The notes below the pieces were generated by a model. The model had not been told where the DNA came from, made no database searches, and worked only from the letters and a program-made list of their open reading frames with translations. The translations under genes and the position numbers were made by a program. This document shows, one piece after another, positions 51,351-64,000 of a stretch of 64,000 nt of DNA. Every line of letters starts with the position of its first letter. Within the stretch, counting starts at the first letter, position 1. Source of the DNA: the human T2T-CHM13v2.0 reference genome, Homo sapiens. The stretch lies in assembly GCF_009914755.1 (NCBI RefSeq), contig NC_060927.1; one strand, written 5' to 3'.

Positions 51351-54300
51351 TCACTGAAACAAGCCACCAGAAATCCTCTTCCCCTTTTTTCCCCTTAAAG
51401 GTCAAACATAATAGCAGCTTAACTATGACACGAATCTTTCAAATCCATCGCTTTGGCTGTCGTGATAGAAATCATAGTTTCAAGAACCTTTGTTCATTAA
51501 TTTGCAAGAGATCCCTTCCCAGGTTTTTCAAAATACATCCACACAGATGTCTCGGAAGTTGCAGTGCTCGGTGGTTATGTTATTCCAGTTCTCTCTCAGT
51601 GTCTATTTATATAAGCTATCCAAAGCACTTTGAAAAAGACACAACTTGTATGGCAAGTTTCCTATTCAGTGGCTGGTCTGTATAAAACATCAATGTTCAC
51701 AGAATAAAATAAACCAACCGACAAAACTCAGTCGGTTGAAATACCAAGTTCAAATGCTACACGGTACACCAACCAATAAATAGGCCACAGCTTCCAGTGT
51801 TGGGAAATACAATTTCAAAGTTGGCAGAAATTGGCTGTGGGTCTCATAACCCCAGTGTGACACAATATTCTCATCCTAGGAGCCAAGTTGTAAGCTTTTC
51901 TAAGATCCATAAAGCACATGTCTACTCCCTATGAGGAGCTTCGGTTCTTTCTGAGAGTCTGCTGAAGTTCCGATCTGAAAGAATGCCATCTTCACAGAAA
52001 CCCCAGTACTCTAGAATGATACCATCTGCCACAGGCTGAGCTTCCTTTTCAGCCAAATACATTATTTATAACCTTTCTAATTGTGAAAAGGTAAGGGTGG
52101 AATTTTTCTAAAGCCTAACTTAAAGATAGATAGAACATTCTGAACCTTTGCTCTAAAATACTCTAGCTCTTTTAAATTTGAAAAACAAAAACCACAAAGA
52201 ATCGGTTAAGGTTACATAATGTTTCAAAAAATTTTATTCTTTTAAACCCCTGCTACAATATCATATGTACTGTAGGTATATATCTATAACACGTTTAAAA
52301 ATGAAGGAAGATGGTTTTATTTTTTTACTTGTTCATCTCAGTAGCCAATGAAGGGGTTTTGAGAGAGGTGAGGCCTTCTCAAAAAAAGATTCATCAGATG
52401 GGGAAAGGCAGTGATCTGATTACCCTTAAAATTGCTTTGTTGTGTCTTTAACAACAACCAAAAAAAACCACCCCAAAACAATGCTAATCAGGTTATTCAA
52501 TCATTTAAACCAAAACTGTTCATGCTTTTCTGCCAAATCAACCAACCACAGCAAAATCTGTTATCACTGATTGCTCAGCTTCCAGTCAAAAAACAGTTAA
52601 CCCCCACTATACCAAAAGTTTTCCAAATACCCTCAGAGCTCTGCATGCTCATAGAAAATAAAGAGAAAACCATGTCAGCTTTAAAGGGTAATTGGAGTGC
52701 TGTACCATATTTGCATATTACAATATACCCTAATAAACTAAACAGCCTGTACCGGAAGCCAGCAGCTTCCTAGTATTTCATATGATCTACATGCTTGTGT
52801 TTTTTGCACTACTTTAAAAACAAAACAAAAAAAACAGGACTGTGATATCATGATCAAAACTTATCAAGGACTTGCCGATGGTTTAGCTGAGGTGGGGAGG
52901 AGGTAGCAAGAGCATCTACAAAATGGTGGTTCACCCATGTTTAAAGCTTTCAGGCTCCATCAGCAGAGAGGGCAAGGGCTACAACATCTTATTTACACAA
53001 TTATCTAAATACGATTAAACAGCTGATGGACAAATATTAAACTGGAAAATGTATAGTCATTTCAGCTTAATGTAATCCTCTTTCTGTAAACACCCAAGAT
53101 GATTTTTTTCAACCAGAACAGTCCTGACATCTCATAAGCCTAAGGGTGAATAGCAAGAGATTGTTTTTGATAGTTATAAATATTCAAAAGACATGCAGAC
53201 CATCTGCTTTCATAATACAGGTAAAGCAAGACTGAAATGGTGACTGCTGTATAAAAATGATTCTTTTAACAAAGTCTTCCTCTCCTCGAAAACTATAAAG
53301 ACAGATGTCAAAAACTGTTTACACAGAGCAATCAGGAGCGTGCAAAATGTAATATTCCTTTTACACACAGTGCTTGCTAAAGAGATTTTTTTTTCTTTTT
53401 CTTCCCATCTGTGTGTTGCAACACATTTCTACAAGTTAAAAACATTTTTTTCAAACAGAGATCTCATGAATACCCAAAAACATGCTATCTGGTTTCTGAA
53501 TGCTAATTAATTTCAACTAAGGAATCTGAATATCTTTTTTCTGTAGGAAGGAATGTATGTTTTGAATTGGAATACTCTAGAGAGACAGCAAGGGAAATAA
53601 TCTTGCACAGGTTTTATTCTATAAGGAAAATTTCATGGTTCTACCTGTTTATAATACATATCTGTTATGTCTGTGCTTTAAATGAAAGCACATCATTCCT
53701 AATGTCTTTGGCACAAAGTCTAAAATAATTGTTTTCTGAAATAAATGCCTGCACAATGCAAAATGTGTATTTAAAAAAAACCTTTAACTTCTCAGTCTAT
53801 GCATGGTGATGTATAAAGCCCTACAGTTAATTTTCAGGGATGGAACACTAATCTTGACAGTAACCTTTTTATGTATTGTATTAATGGCGCAAAGGCATTA
53901 AGCACCTTTTTGTAGTTTTCAATAAAATGAGCATTTACTGAACAATCTGTCAAACTACTGGCTTTTATTATATTTTTATTTTTTGAGAAGTTCAACTTCA
54001 TACATTCTAATCTCCCACCCCTTTGTGCATGTCCTGACTACCTATGGCCTGATTTTTTACAGCAGCTTTTTATCTGTCCATGGAAAATTCAAAGGTCAAA
54101 CTTTAACTTCACATCAACTACACATTCAAATACAATTTTCACAGGGATTCCTCGTAAATGAGGTTTTCTTTTAATCTCAAAGGACACCAAATACTACAAA
54201 CAAGCTCTAAGAGGCATCGTATGAGATATGATATATTGACAAGAAATGAATTTGTTGAAAATTAACAGGTAGTTCCCATCTGGTATTTTGGGGTGGGAAG

Positions 54301-57300
54301 GACAGGAAATGGGCTTCAATTTATGACAGCGAATGGCAGGATTTCTAAGTGCAATATTCTGTTTGTGCTTGTCAGCTTCTGTTTCCCAAATCTTTCCCTC
54401 TGGATCCTCTATTGCTTTCTAAGCTATTCTCTTGGGAGATACAACTGGGGCATATTTGGAATCTCAATTTGTTGAGAAGAGACTAATCACTTCTAAATTT
54501 TACTTAAACTCCAGTTGTCATAGTTATGGCTCTTGCCATCTTGATCAATCCTAGTGCCTGAAAATGGCATTTTCATACAAAGTAACCCTGGCACATTGCT
54601 AAAATTGGAAACTCAGTACAAAGCTCCAAAGGAATACAAAAGGAAGCACAAAGAGAACACATCCAATTCTATTTTAATTTTCCTACTATATTTCCTAAAG
54701 ATGAAAATGTGATCATATCAAAGCACAGAAATTTTATTTATTTAAATACTCGATTCATAACTTTTAAAAGAAAATGTTGGTTCACAGTTTATATGGCTCT
54801 TCCATATAGTTAAAATAACTTACATAATGCCCAGATAGTATGTTCTGACCAGATTCTCTATTCTGCCCTTTTGTATAAGTACCTAGCCAGACCTTTCTTA
54901 TCACACTGAAACCTAACTCAATGAATATACTGGTAAAGAGCTTAAACTATAAAATATTTTTAAAAGGTATATTAAGAGCATGTGATATTCCAAATTAACT
55001 GCACACAGAAGCTGTAACATGAAGGGAACTGAACTAGATAATCTCCAACGTCTCCTCTAACAGATTTAAAAGTCTATGAAATCTGTATGTCTTCTCAAAC
55101 AGAGTGACTAAAAAAGATTCAATTGTAACGCACATTATTCATTCTCAGGTACTCACTGTGCAAATGTCTCCAACTAGAGTCTTATTTTTAGGAAGGTTAC
55201 GACCCCATTGGCATCCTGCTTATGATTATTTAAAATACACTCATTATTAACTTATATATTATGTTATATCCAAATAGAATTTTCACAAGTTTTTCATTAG
55301 ATAAATATGAATCCAAGGAATTTTATTTGATTTTATTGACAAAATTGTTTCCTGATTCTGAATCTTAGGCACTCTATACCAATGTACCCATTTGAGAAAT
55401 CTCTTTCTCTGATGCCCTTGTGTGGTTAAATCGCTCATCCTCTCTAGAGATTACAATTTCTAGTATCTGGAAAGATACCAAATTCGTGTTAAGTTCCAGA
55501 GGTCCTAAATAGAGCCTTTTAAAAAAACAAAACAAAACCAAAAAACCCTTAAACCACAGAGCGAAAACAAGAACTAAAGTACTTTGAGCAATTCATTTTC
55601 CAAAAGTAAATATTAGAATTAGGTTCTGTAACTCTTCACAGGAAGACTTTATATTACCTCTTTGCATTCCTTCTGTACAGGAGCATATTAGATTTTTAAG
55701 CCATACTGCCTAAAAATTGGGGGTAAAATACCTCCTGGCTTTTAGCTCTTTACAGGGCCACAGAACTAACTCTGGAAATTACATAAAACCTATGAAAGCT
55801 GTCCTCCATGCATTCCCAAAATTGGCTTATAATTTCAGGGTCTGCACAGATTGTGGGGTCCATGGACCCCTCTCAGATCTGATCCAAGACTTCACAGAAG
55901 ACTGAGGGCTAAACCGCAGCTTTGATTTCTGTGTTTTATTCATCATTGTCAGCTTTTAGATAAGACTTCCCATGTCTACCAGATAAACATAAACCAATGT
56001 CACCTCTGGATTAGATCATAAAGAAAAATCAAATTAATCTGGCTTCATCTCAATCAATATTATGAAAATCCTTCACAGTGTAGGAAAATGCCATCCTCTG
56101 GTAATCATCTCATTAGAAGTTATGGCGAAATGATAAAAATGTGTTGGAATGGGTTGTAAATCATATAATAAAGAGCTCCATCCATCACTAAACATGTGTT
56201 TTCCAGGCTGAGCTGGTGATCACGCAGAAAGTGGACAAACCAAGTCCCTAAGGCCCATTATGGAATGGCTGAACAGTTATCTACCCTTGCAGCTCTCTCT
56301 AAATTCAGGTGACTCTAGACCTGTATACAGCTGACTTTAAAACACTGCATGTTTATAGCCTTAAATGGAGTCTCTTATGCCAAATGTAGACTTTAGAACA
56401 CAACTGAGGAATGGACGCTGGAAGTGAACATGGGGTGATACTGTTAACATTTCCGTATTGGCAACATCAGTATCTTTGTCTATAAATTATCTGTTATTGA
56501 AAATTTCCTATTTTACTCTTGAATATGAGAAGAAAATAAACAAATGAAAATAATAGTGAAGAAGTGTGGGTCTCAAATATAATGTAACTGAGACAAAATG
56601 AAAATTATTAGCCAGGCTGAAATACATGTACAATTGTGGAAGAAAAATTTTAAAATTTAGAAATGCTGCATATGTTTTTAAAGCTTGCCCTTAACTGTGA
56701 TGTATAATCAGGTCTTTTTAAGCATTCAGACCTCTGAGTTCCCTGTAACTCCAAGGCTATTGTTGTGCTTACAAATGTTTAGTACACATATTCATGAACA
56801 TTATCAAATATACAAAAGCATGAGACAGCTTGAAATGTCAGTAGGTTTTCTTAGAGAAAAATTCAGAAGTGATTTGTTCTTTGTTAGGTAAAAATACAGA
56901 ATTAAGTATAATAGGAAAATATTTCATAAGATAGGATACTGTAGATAAAAGTATAAAGTACTACTAATACAACTACTGACACGGTATACTGGCTTATGAA
57001 ATAAACATGTGCAAATCCTACAAGATTGTTTAAGTCTGACGAATATTCCCGAGTTCCTACTGTGTGTCAGGATCTATGACAGTGATGAATACAACTTAGT
57101 TCCTTTGGGAGAATTACAGTGTACACAGCCTAGTTAGTCCAGACTATTTCAGAACAATGTGGCAAATGCTACGATGGGCACATAAGGAGAGGACAGAACC
57201 TTGGGTGCTGGGAGTACAGGCGAAGTTAGTTAACGGAAAAGACACTGGGAAAAGCTCACCTCTTGGTAACAGTCCCATCAGGTATCTTTATTCTACTTGA

Positions 57301-57624
57301 CATTATCTAGCCTAGGGTATCATATATGCTAAACTTCCAAATGGATTTATTTAAAGTATAAGCTGCAGTCTTCCACTTCCAATTTAAAATACATCATAAC
57401 TTTATAATGACTGTAAGTGTTCCTTAATGTTGAGATTGAGTTATAATATAGTCTTTTAATTTTTTCACAAATGAAAAGTATTTGGTTGTTTTCACTAAAA
57501 ATGAAGATTGCACCAAAATCTTCCATGTAGCCAGAGAGTTACATAGACCATGTGGCATGCACAAGTGTGATTTCAAACTCTCAATGCCCACATTTTAGAA
57601 AAACAACTAGTTATGGCACACTTT

Positions 57625-57785
57625 AGGACTGAAAACTGTTCTAAATGTTTTCTAAGTACTAGCTCATTTAATTCTCTAAACAATGCGAGACATTGGTACT
57701 ATTATCTTCCGACTTTATAGATGAGAAAATTGAGTCATGGAGTCAGCTGCCCAAGCTCATATAGCTGGCCACAACATAACTCACA
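57625..57785 (-). mobile_element. MIR fragment
   Basis: CTCATTTAATTCTC...GGTACTATTATCTTCCGACTTTATAGATGAGAAAATTGAG...TGCCCAAGCTCATATAGCTGG. Confidence 0.7.
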
Positions 57786-58445
57786 TTCCTGATTCCTACG
57801 ATGCTAGGAGCTAATTAAAGTGATGCTAGAGAGCAATGACAAACAAAAACACACAAAAAGTAACACAATGAAGTTGCTGAAGAAATGCCATTACTCTAAA
57901 GAAACAGTCCCATTAAAAAGTAAAAAGAAAACTAGATCAAGCTGTGTCGTATGTTATCATAAGACAGGAGTTTCAATACAGAGAAGAGTCTCATTGTGAC
58001 ATTTCACAAAGTTAATACTTGTTACATTTCTGAACTTCCTTGGAACAAATAGTAGGTGGACAGTAAAATGGGACAAGCCTGAGAGAGTTGGTGGTATCCA
58101 GTAATGAAGTACCATGTCTTGTTATTCAGATAAGAATGTGATCTCAAATAGTGCTAGCAATTAAAGCTTTAATCTTTTCTTAACTTCCAACCTATCAACT
58201 GGTTTGCATCTTCAACCTGAGTAAACTAAATTAGATTAGCATTTCTATGGGAAAATATTACAATAGAAAATAATCAATTTTTTTAAGAGAGAAAGATGAT
58301 GACTAAAGAGAACAAAGTTTCAGAGTAAGAATGAGAGAAAAAGACTGCTAAAGAAGTCAGCCACCTTCTCTGCCATGAGGAATTCTGCAATCTTATGAAT
58401 TGTCCATGATGAAACTCCAGCACCCCGTAAGACTGCATATTAGAA

Positions 58446-58670
58446 CACAATACAATCTTATATTTCTGTAGCGCCCTTCATGCAAGCATCCCAGGGTGCT
58501 TTACAATCATTATGAGTTAAAATTAAAACTGAAGCACATACAATTCCTAATAGAATCATTTTAAAAATGCTAAACAGAACAAATAACTTTTAAGTCTAGA
58601 TTTAAAAGTCCCAACAGCCAGAGCGTTCCTTACTTCAATTGGCAATGAGCTGCAGAACCAGGGCTGAGGC
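58446..58670 (-). mobile_element. Possible ancient amniote L2-clade LINE/SINE 3' end
   Basis: Minus-strand tail TGTAAAGCACCCTGGGATGCTTGCATGAAGGGCGCTACAGAAATATAAG resembles the L2-clade/AmnSINE terminal stem-loop. Confidence 0.45.
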
Positions 58671-60489
58671 TCTCCTCTGTTATGTTAAAGGCTCTCTTAT
58701 GTTTTTCATACTCAGAGCACGTTATAATCAAGCAGTTTCCAATGAAAGAGGGGGAAATTGAGTTCGTGTATCTGTTTGTTTTGATTATCAGGTTTTTTTT
58801 TTTTTTCCTGGAGTTGGGGGTTGTTCATGGTTTGCCCAAATCTGGCATGAAATGAAGCAGATCTATAAAGCAAATCCAGATAGAGCCCAACTTCAAGTTT
58901 AACTAGTAATTGAGAAAAAAAGATGTCTAAAATATACTCTAAAACTAGTTCTGTTTTAGCAAGAAAATCAGTTTGAGTAGCATGATTTGTTTAAGTTGTT
59001 TTTTAAAACCATTAGAAAATAGCATTTAATAGGCTTTCTCTCAGGCCATGTCTACTCCTAAGCCTTGGGAGTATTTATTATTCTAAGCATCAGGCAAAAA
59101 AAAGAAAGAGGAAAAATACTCTCATGATATGGTAATTTTCCCTGCATTAGTGATTTTGAGGTCAAAGGAAACCTATTCAGATCTGAAACAAGGCACAGGT
59201 AAAAATCTATTAAGTGAAAATAAAGTAATTACACATTGTTAAGCACTCTCTAAATTGGCATAGCTTAAACTCTTTTATGTTTTACTATTGTGAAAAGATA
59301 GTGGCTATAAAATATTTGAGATCAATCCATTTTAAATTAGATGCTTTATTAAGTTTGGCTTTTTTGATTAATATACCTGAAAGGTTACAGAGAGCTAACA
59401 TCAAGCTACGATAAAATCCTTATGCATCTAAGTCATCTAAAAATGAGCCTGATATATTAGATTCAAAAAGGAAAACTTGCAATTTGGAGGACAATTCTGT
59501 TGTAGATTATACACATTATAATATTAACACAGAGCAGACATCTCACTAAGTTGAAAAAGGAACTAGAATGATGTCATGACTTGTTCAAAAGACGAGGCAA
59601 AAAAATTATTTGATGTAAGTTTTGCAATTCACACAACTACCCATATAAGACAGGTTTACCATTTCCTTTATGGATCCCACCATTACAGTAATACAATTGC
59701 TGAAAAGTGGTCATAATATCCAATTAGTATCAAGTACTTCAGTGCCTGGCAAAGCAGATATTTATAATCTAAGATTCCCACGGTCAGTAGGGTAAAAACT
59801 AGGGAAAGTTTTTTAATTTTAAAAAGGAAAGAAGATTCTCTGTAGAGCTTTTATTCAAAATATATGATGTTTAAACATAAGATAATTTTATACTGGGAAG
59901 GGGCAAGTACAAAATCATTCCAGCTCATCTCAAACAGGAATCCTTTTATTTTAAAATGGAGCTGCTCGTAAAAGACCAGTCTGATGACTGGAGTCTGTAT
60001 TTTCAAACAGACCCAAGAAATTCATCTGCCCACTATTTCTAATGAAAATGACTAATGTTACCTTGGGGTTCAAAACAAAGGGCTATTAGCATAATTATGC
60101 CTACTGGTCTTGAGAATATGAAAGAATAGGAAAGAGAAGTAACTGCACAGAACTATACCGGCAAATCTTCTGGAACGTCCCAAATACCAAGTTATCCCAA
60201 AAGTCAGTTCCTGTCTAGATCACCCATGATTAGGGGCTTGATATGACAGCAATGTACTTTTAAAACAAGACAACATACAAACAAAAAATCAAAGACACAA
60301 AACCAAAACACGGTAAAGAAAATTTTCAGCAATGAGAATAAATACACTTGGAAAACTACAAGTAGTTATCACTACTTTAGAGAAATCAAAGCATATTATA
60401 AAACCTATCCAATTCATCTGAGAGGCTTTCATTTTGTCTTTTTTAAACTTCCTTTATCTGTGGTATGTGATGAAAAGGCTACTTGGTGA

Positions 60490-60685
60490 AGCTCCCGGGC
60501 TCTGGGTATGAAGTCTCACCCTTGTGCTTCACCAGCGATGTAGCCATGGACGCTCACTCATGTCAACATTCTGTGCCTCAGGTTCCTCATTTAAAAATGG
60601 GGATATAAGACTATATCCTACTTAGGGGGACCAAAGGCGCTCTCGATACATCAAAAGCACTAAATCAAAGTGTAATACTATTATT
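60490..60685 (+). mobile_element. MIR fragment
   Basis: TCTGTGCCTCAGGTTCCTCATTTAAAAATGGGGATATAA core. Confidence 0.65.
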
Positions 60686-62085
60686 TCAACTAATAAGATG
60701 TTATATCCTTAACACTACATAGGAAATGGAATGCCTGGCATACGGCAGACTGTCAATACATACTTTTGAATATATGAATGTGAACAAATTTCATAGATTA
60801 GACTCTCATGTGAAATGCAGTATATGAACACTGATGCTGGCTATTCTCTTAAGAATGTGCTTACTAAAACTGATTTAAAATTTTAAGAAACATGTCATTT
60901 CAGTCCAAAAACTGTGAAATAAAGTACAGTTTATTAAAAACACATTTGTATAACATGATAGATTTGTAATTGTTGCTCCAATATCATTTATAATACAGAC
61001 TGAACATCAACTAAACACCTAAGTGTATTTAATTCCTACGGAAATGACTGTCATGTTTCAGGAGAGCAGTACTGAAGCTAAGCTTCAGGAGCACAAGGTA
61101 GTTTCTTTTTAAAATTTATTTTTCCATTAATAAATAAATTGTCCAACATATTTGAGATCCCAGGATGCTGTGAATAAAAGGAAAGTTGGAAAATCATCTT
61201 TCTCAATATTACTTCTAAATGGAATGTTCAAATTTATTTTATATATATTTTGCTACTTGAAAATAAAAATAACACTTCTCACCCACTTTATATGACTTGG
61301 CTTAAAGATATCTTTTCCAGGTGAGAAATAAGATAGAAAATAATCCAATGCCTTAAAAATGTGAAAGTTGTGATGTGTGTGTGTGCACGTGTGCACGCGC
61401 GAGTATGTACGCCCACATGTGTGGTGAAAGAGGGAAGGTAAAAATGCGCAAATCAGATTAAAACCTCCATGAAATATTTGACCTAAACATTTTTAGAAGG
61501 AAGACATTACGCTGGTAGAAGTAATAGCTGACCTTTACTTAACAAAATGAATCTACCCTGTATCAGAATGTATATACATTTATCTAGTTTTTAAATGCAA
61601 TTTCTAAAACTCCAGGGAAAATAAGCATCAAAATGTTAATGTTTTATTATAAATAAAAATGTTTACTTTTTAAATTCCCAATTTTCCTCCCAAATCCATA
61701 TCCTCAAAAGTTTCATGACTACAGGCTCTCTTGTCCCCAAATCAGTGTTTATTCTCTCCTTAGCTGCAGTTCAGAATGCACCATCCAACTTATCTAACCA
61801 CATCCACCGAAAAAAACAAAAGTAACAACAAAACATCTAACCTCAGACCTATAATGAGCTAAGTGTTTCTTATGTCTTAGAACATTTTACAAAAATAAAA
61901 AAACACATGGTACAAAGAATTTAATAAATTAGTGTCAATCGATTTGGGCAGATTTATGATAGGAAAGTGATAACAGAAATAAAGGTATGAGTTGTAAATC
62001 AAACTAAGCCCACTTATGGAATTTCTGCAGCTGAAGAAAACCTTATGAATATCATCAAAGAAAACATTATTGTACCCAAATGTAA

Positions 62086-62229
<144 letters not shown>

Positions 62230-64000
62230 TAAAATTTATTGTCAGGCAAGGACATAGGCTTAGCAAGTCAGGACTTTCTTGTTAGTCATTGCACCGTGAC
62301 TTTAATCTCCAGGGACACTGGCTCCTTCAATTATCAAAAGGAGGAGCCTAGGAAGGATAATCCCTTCTGGTTCTAAGAATCCAAGTCCAAATGGACATTT
62401 GCTTAGCAAGTATTAGACAATCGTCCTAAGAGCATTGGAGGCAGGGCTTATTCAACACCCCAGGCAAAATCCTGGTGGCTCCCCAGTTCCACTCCTCCTG
62501 GCCCCTGCTCTATAAAAGGAATTTACCTGCCCACAGGGTGAACTTTCTACTAACTATAATATTTAGGGCCCCTGTAGCCATACTTGCTACTGGAGTACTT
62601 TATCATATTCAACAAAATAAAACCCTTACTGTACAGTAAAATGTGTATGGTGTATTGCATGCTAAAGGTTCTCTCCCATGAATGAATCAACACTCCACAG
62701 GGGAAGAAAGGGCTTAACACTTGGCATTTCTTGGTGTTAGGTCCCATTTTGCTCAAGACTGAGGCCATATTTATTTGCTAGGCTTTTTTCACCATGACAT
62801 CTTCATCACCAAATCTTAACCATAGGAAAAAGAGTAGTTTTGTCAAACTTGGCATATATTTTGGACATAGGCTTTAGGGAACTTGCATCTCTCATTTTAA
62901 TAACTCTAGACAGAAAAACATAATAAAGAAGCAAACAGAAAACAGTTTATGTTGAAAAAATTCTGACTGGAGTATCAGATTCATAGAAAAAGAGAAGATG
63001 ATTCAGCAAAATATAAAATAAGTACCTCATTTAGAGAACAATTTACATGTTTTCATATTATTAAATATTAATTTCAAATATTTGCTTTCACTCCTAAACT
63101 ATGCATAATTTTTAGAAGTTTTTTTATGGAAAAGAATACTGCAATTATAACTGATGTTGATATTGTAGCCTAGTTCCATCACTTAATGATTACAGTGAGG
63201 TATCCAGCCACAGGAAGCCATATATCTGAAAACCTCTCTCTATAGAAATTCACCAATGTATGACTCCAAAACCAAGTCCTGAATTACATTTTGTCATTCT
63301 ACTTAATGTTATAATTGTATGCAATTCATTTTCCATGATAACATTAAGTAAATTCACAATTCTATTTATAAGTTATAGTGAGGTAGAGTTTATTGGCTGA
63401 ATGTTGATGTCATTTAACAATTAGTTCTCACTGACTGTATCAATAAATATTTGTAACGACAGCCTCTTCTTCAGCTCATAGTAAATGCCTTAAGTATTTG
63501 TCTGAATATACTTCCAAGATCAATGGGACATTTAGTAACATAAAGACACATGCGATTCCAGTACTGGGTGTTTACATCATATTTTAACTGAGTTTTTAAA
63601 AAGTTTATTTCTAGATCATTTCAAATTTTCATATGTTAGCAACCATGTAACATGTTATCTGGAGTTGTCTGCGAAACAAAGTCCCTGAAGTAAGAGTCAC
63701 CCTTTTATTCTATCATCCTATTCATTTGTGATTAATTTAAATTATTTTTATTTGATGGTTATAAATTCATATCCTCTCTATTCCAAGGGTGAGAGAGGGA
63801 AGACAGGAGATTAGCTGTAGGTATAACTGAAATGACAAATAAGAGTTTTCTCTGAATTGCAAGAAATGGACACTTAACAATACAGAGAATATGTAACCTG
63901 TGGCTATAGCTTATTTTAGAATATATAGAAAGCTATTAATTATAAACAATTCATTTGCTTCATTCCTAAAATTTCTAGCAAATATCAAAGTAAAAGTGTT

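Overview
This is AT-rich primate (most likely human) genomic DNA lying entirely inside the SATB1 gene, which is transcribed on the minus strand. Five constitutive coding exons can be placed at GT-AG boundaries: 112, 455, 213, 156 and 204 nt, canonical exons 6-10 by recalled numbering, about aa 214-593, covering the end of CUTL, CUT1 and CUT2. The known in-frame 96-nt cassette exon of the long isoform is also present (1436-1531). The upstream exons and the terminal polyQ/homeodomain exon lie outside the window. Introns are poor in young repeats (one AluY, one Alu right-arm fragment, one short L1PA 3' end) but carry old MIR, L2, L1M and hAT-Charlie fragments, a strong CTCF motif and enhancer-like blocks. 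The best lead is the last intron, which has several sequence-level routes to a homeodomain-less, NMD-escaping SATB1: a candidate 46-nt stop-containing exon with a perfect branch point and strong donor, an AATAAA just behind the weak exon 10 donor, and a decoy donor over the cassette exon's branch-point region. Nearly all ORF-track entries other than the SATB1 exon readthroughs look spurious. Repeat family names come from recalled consensus sequences, not from a search.
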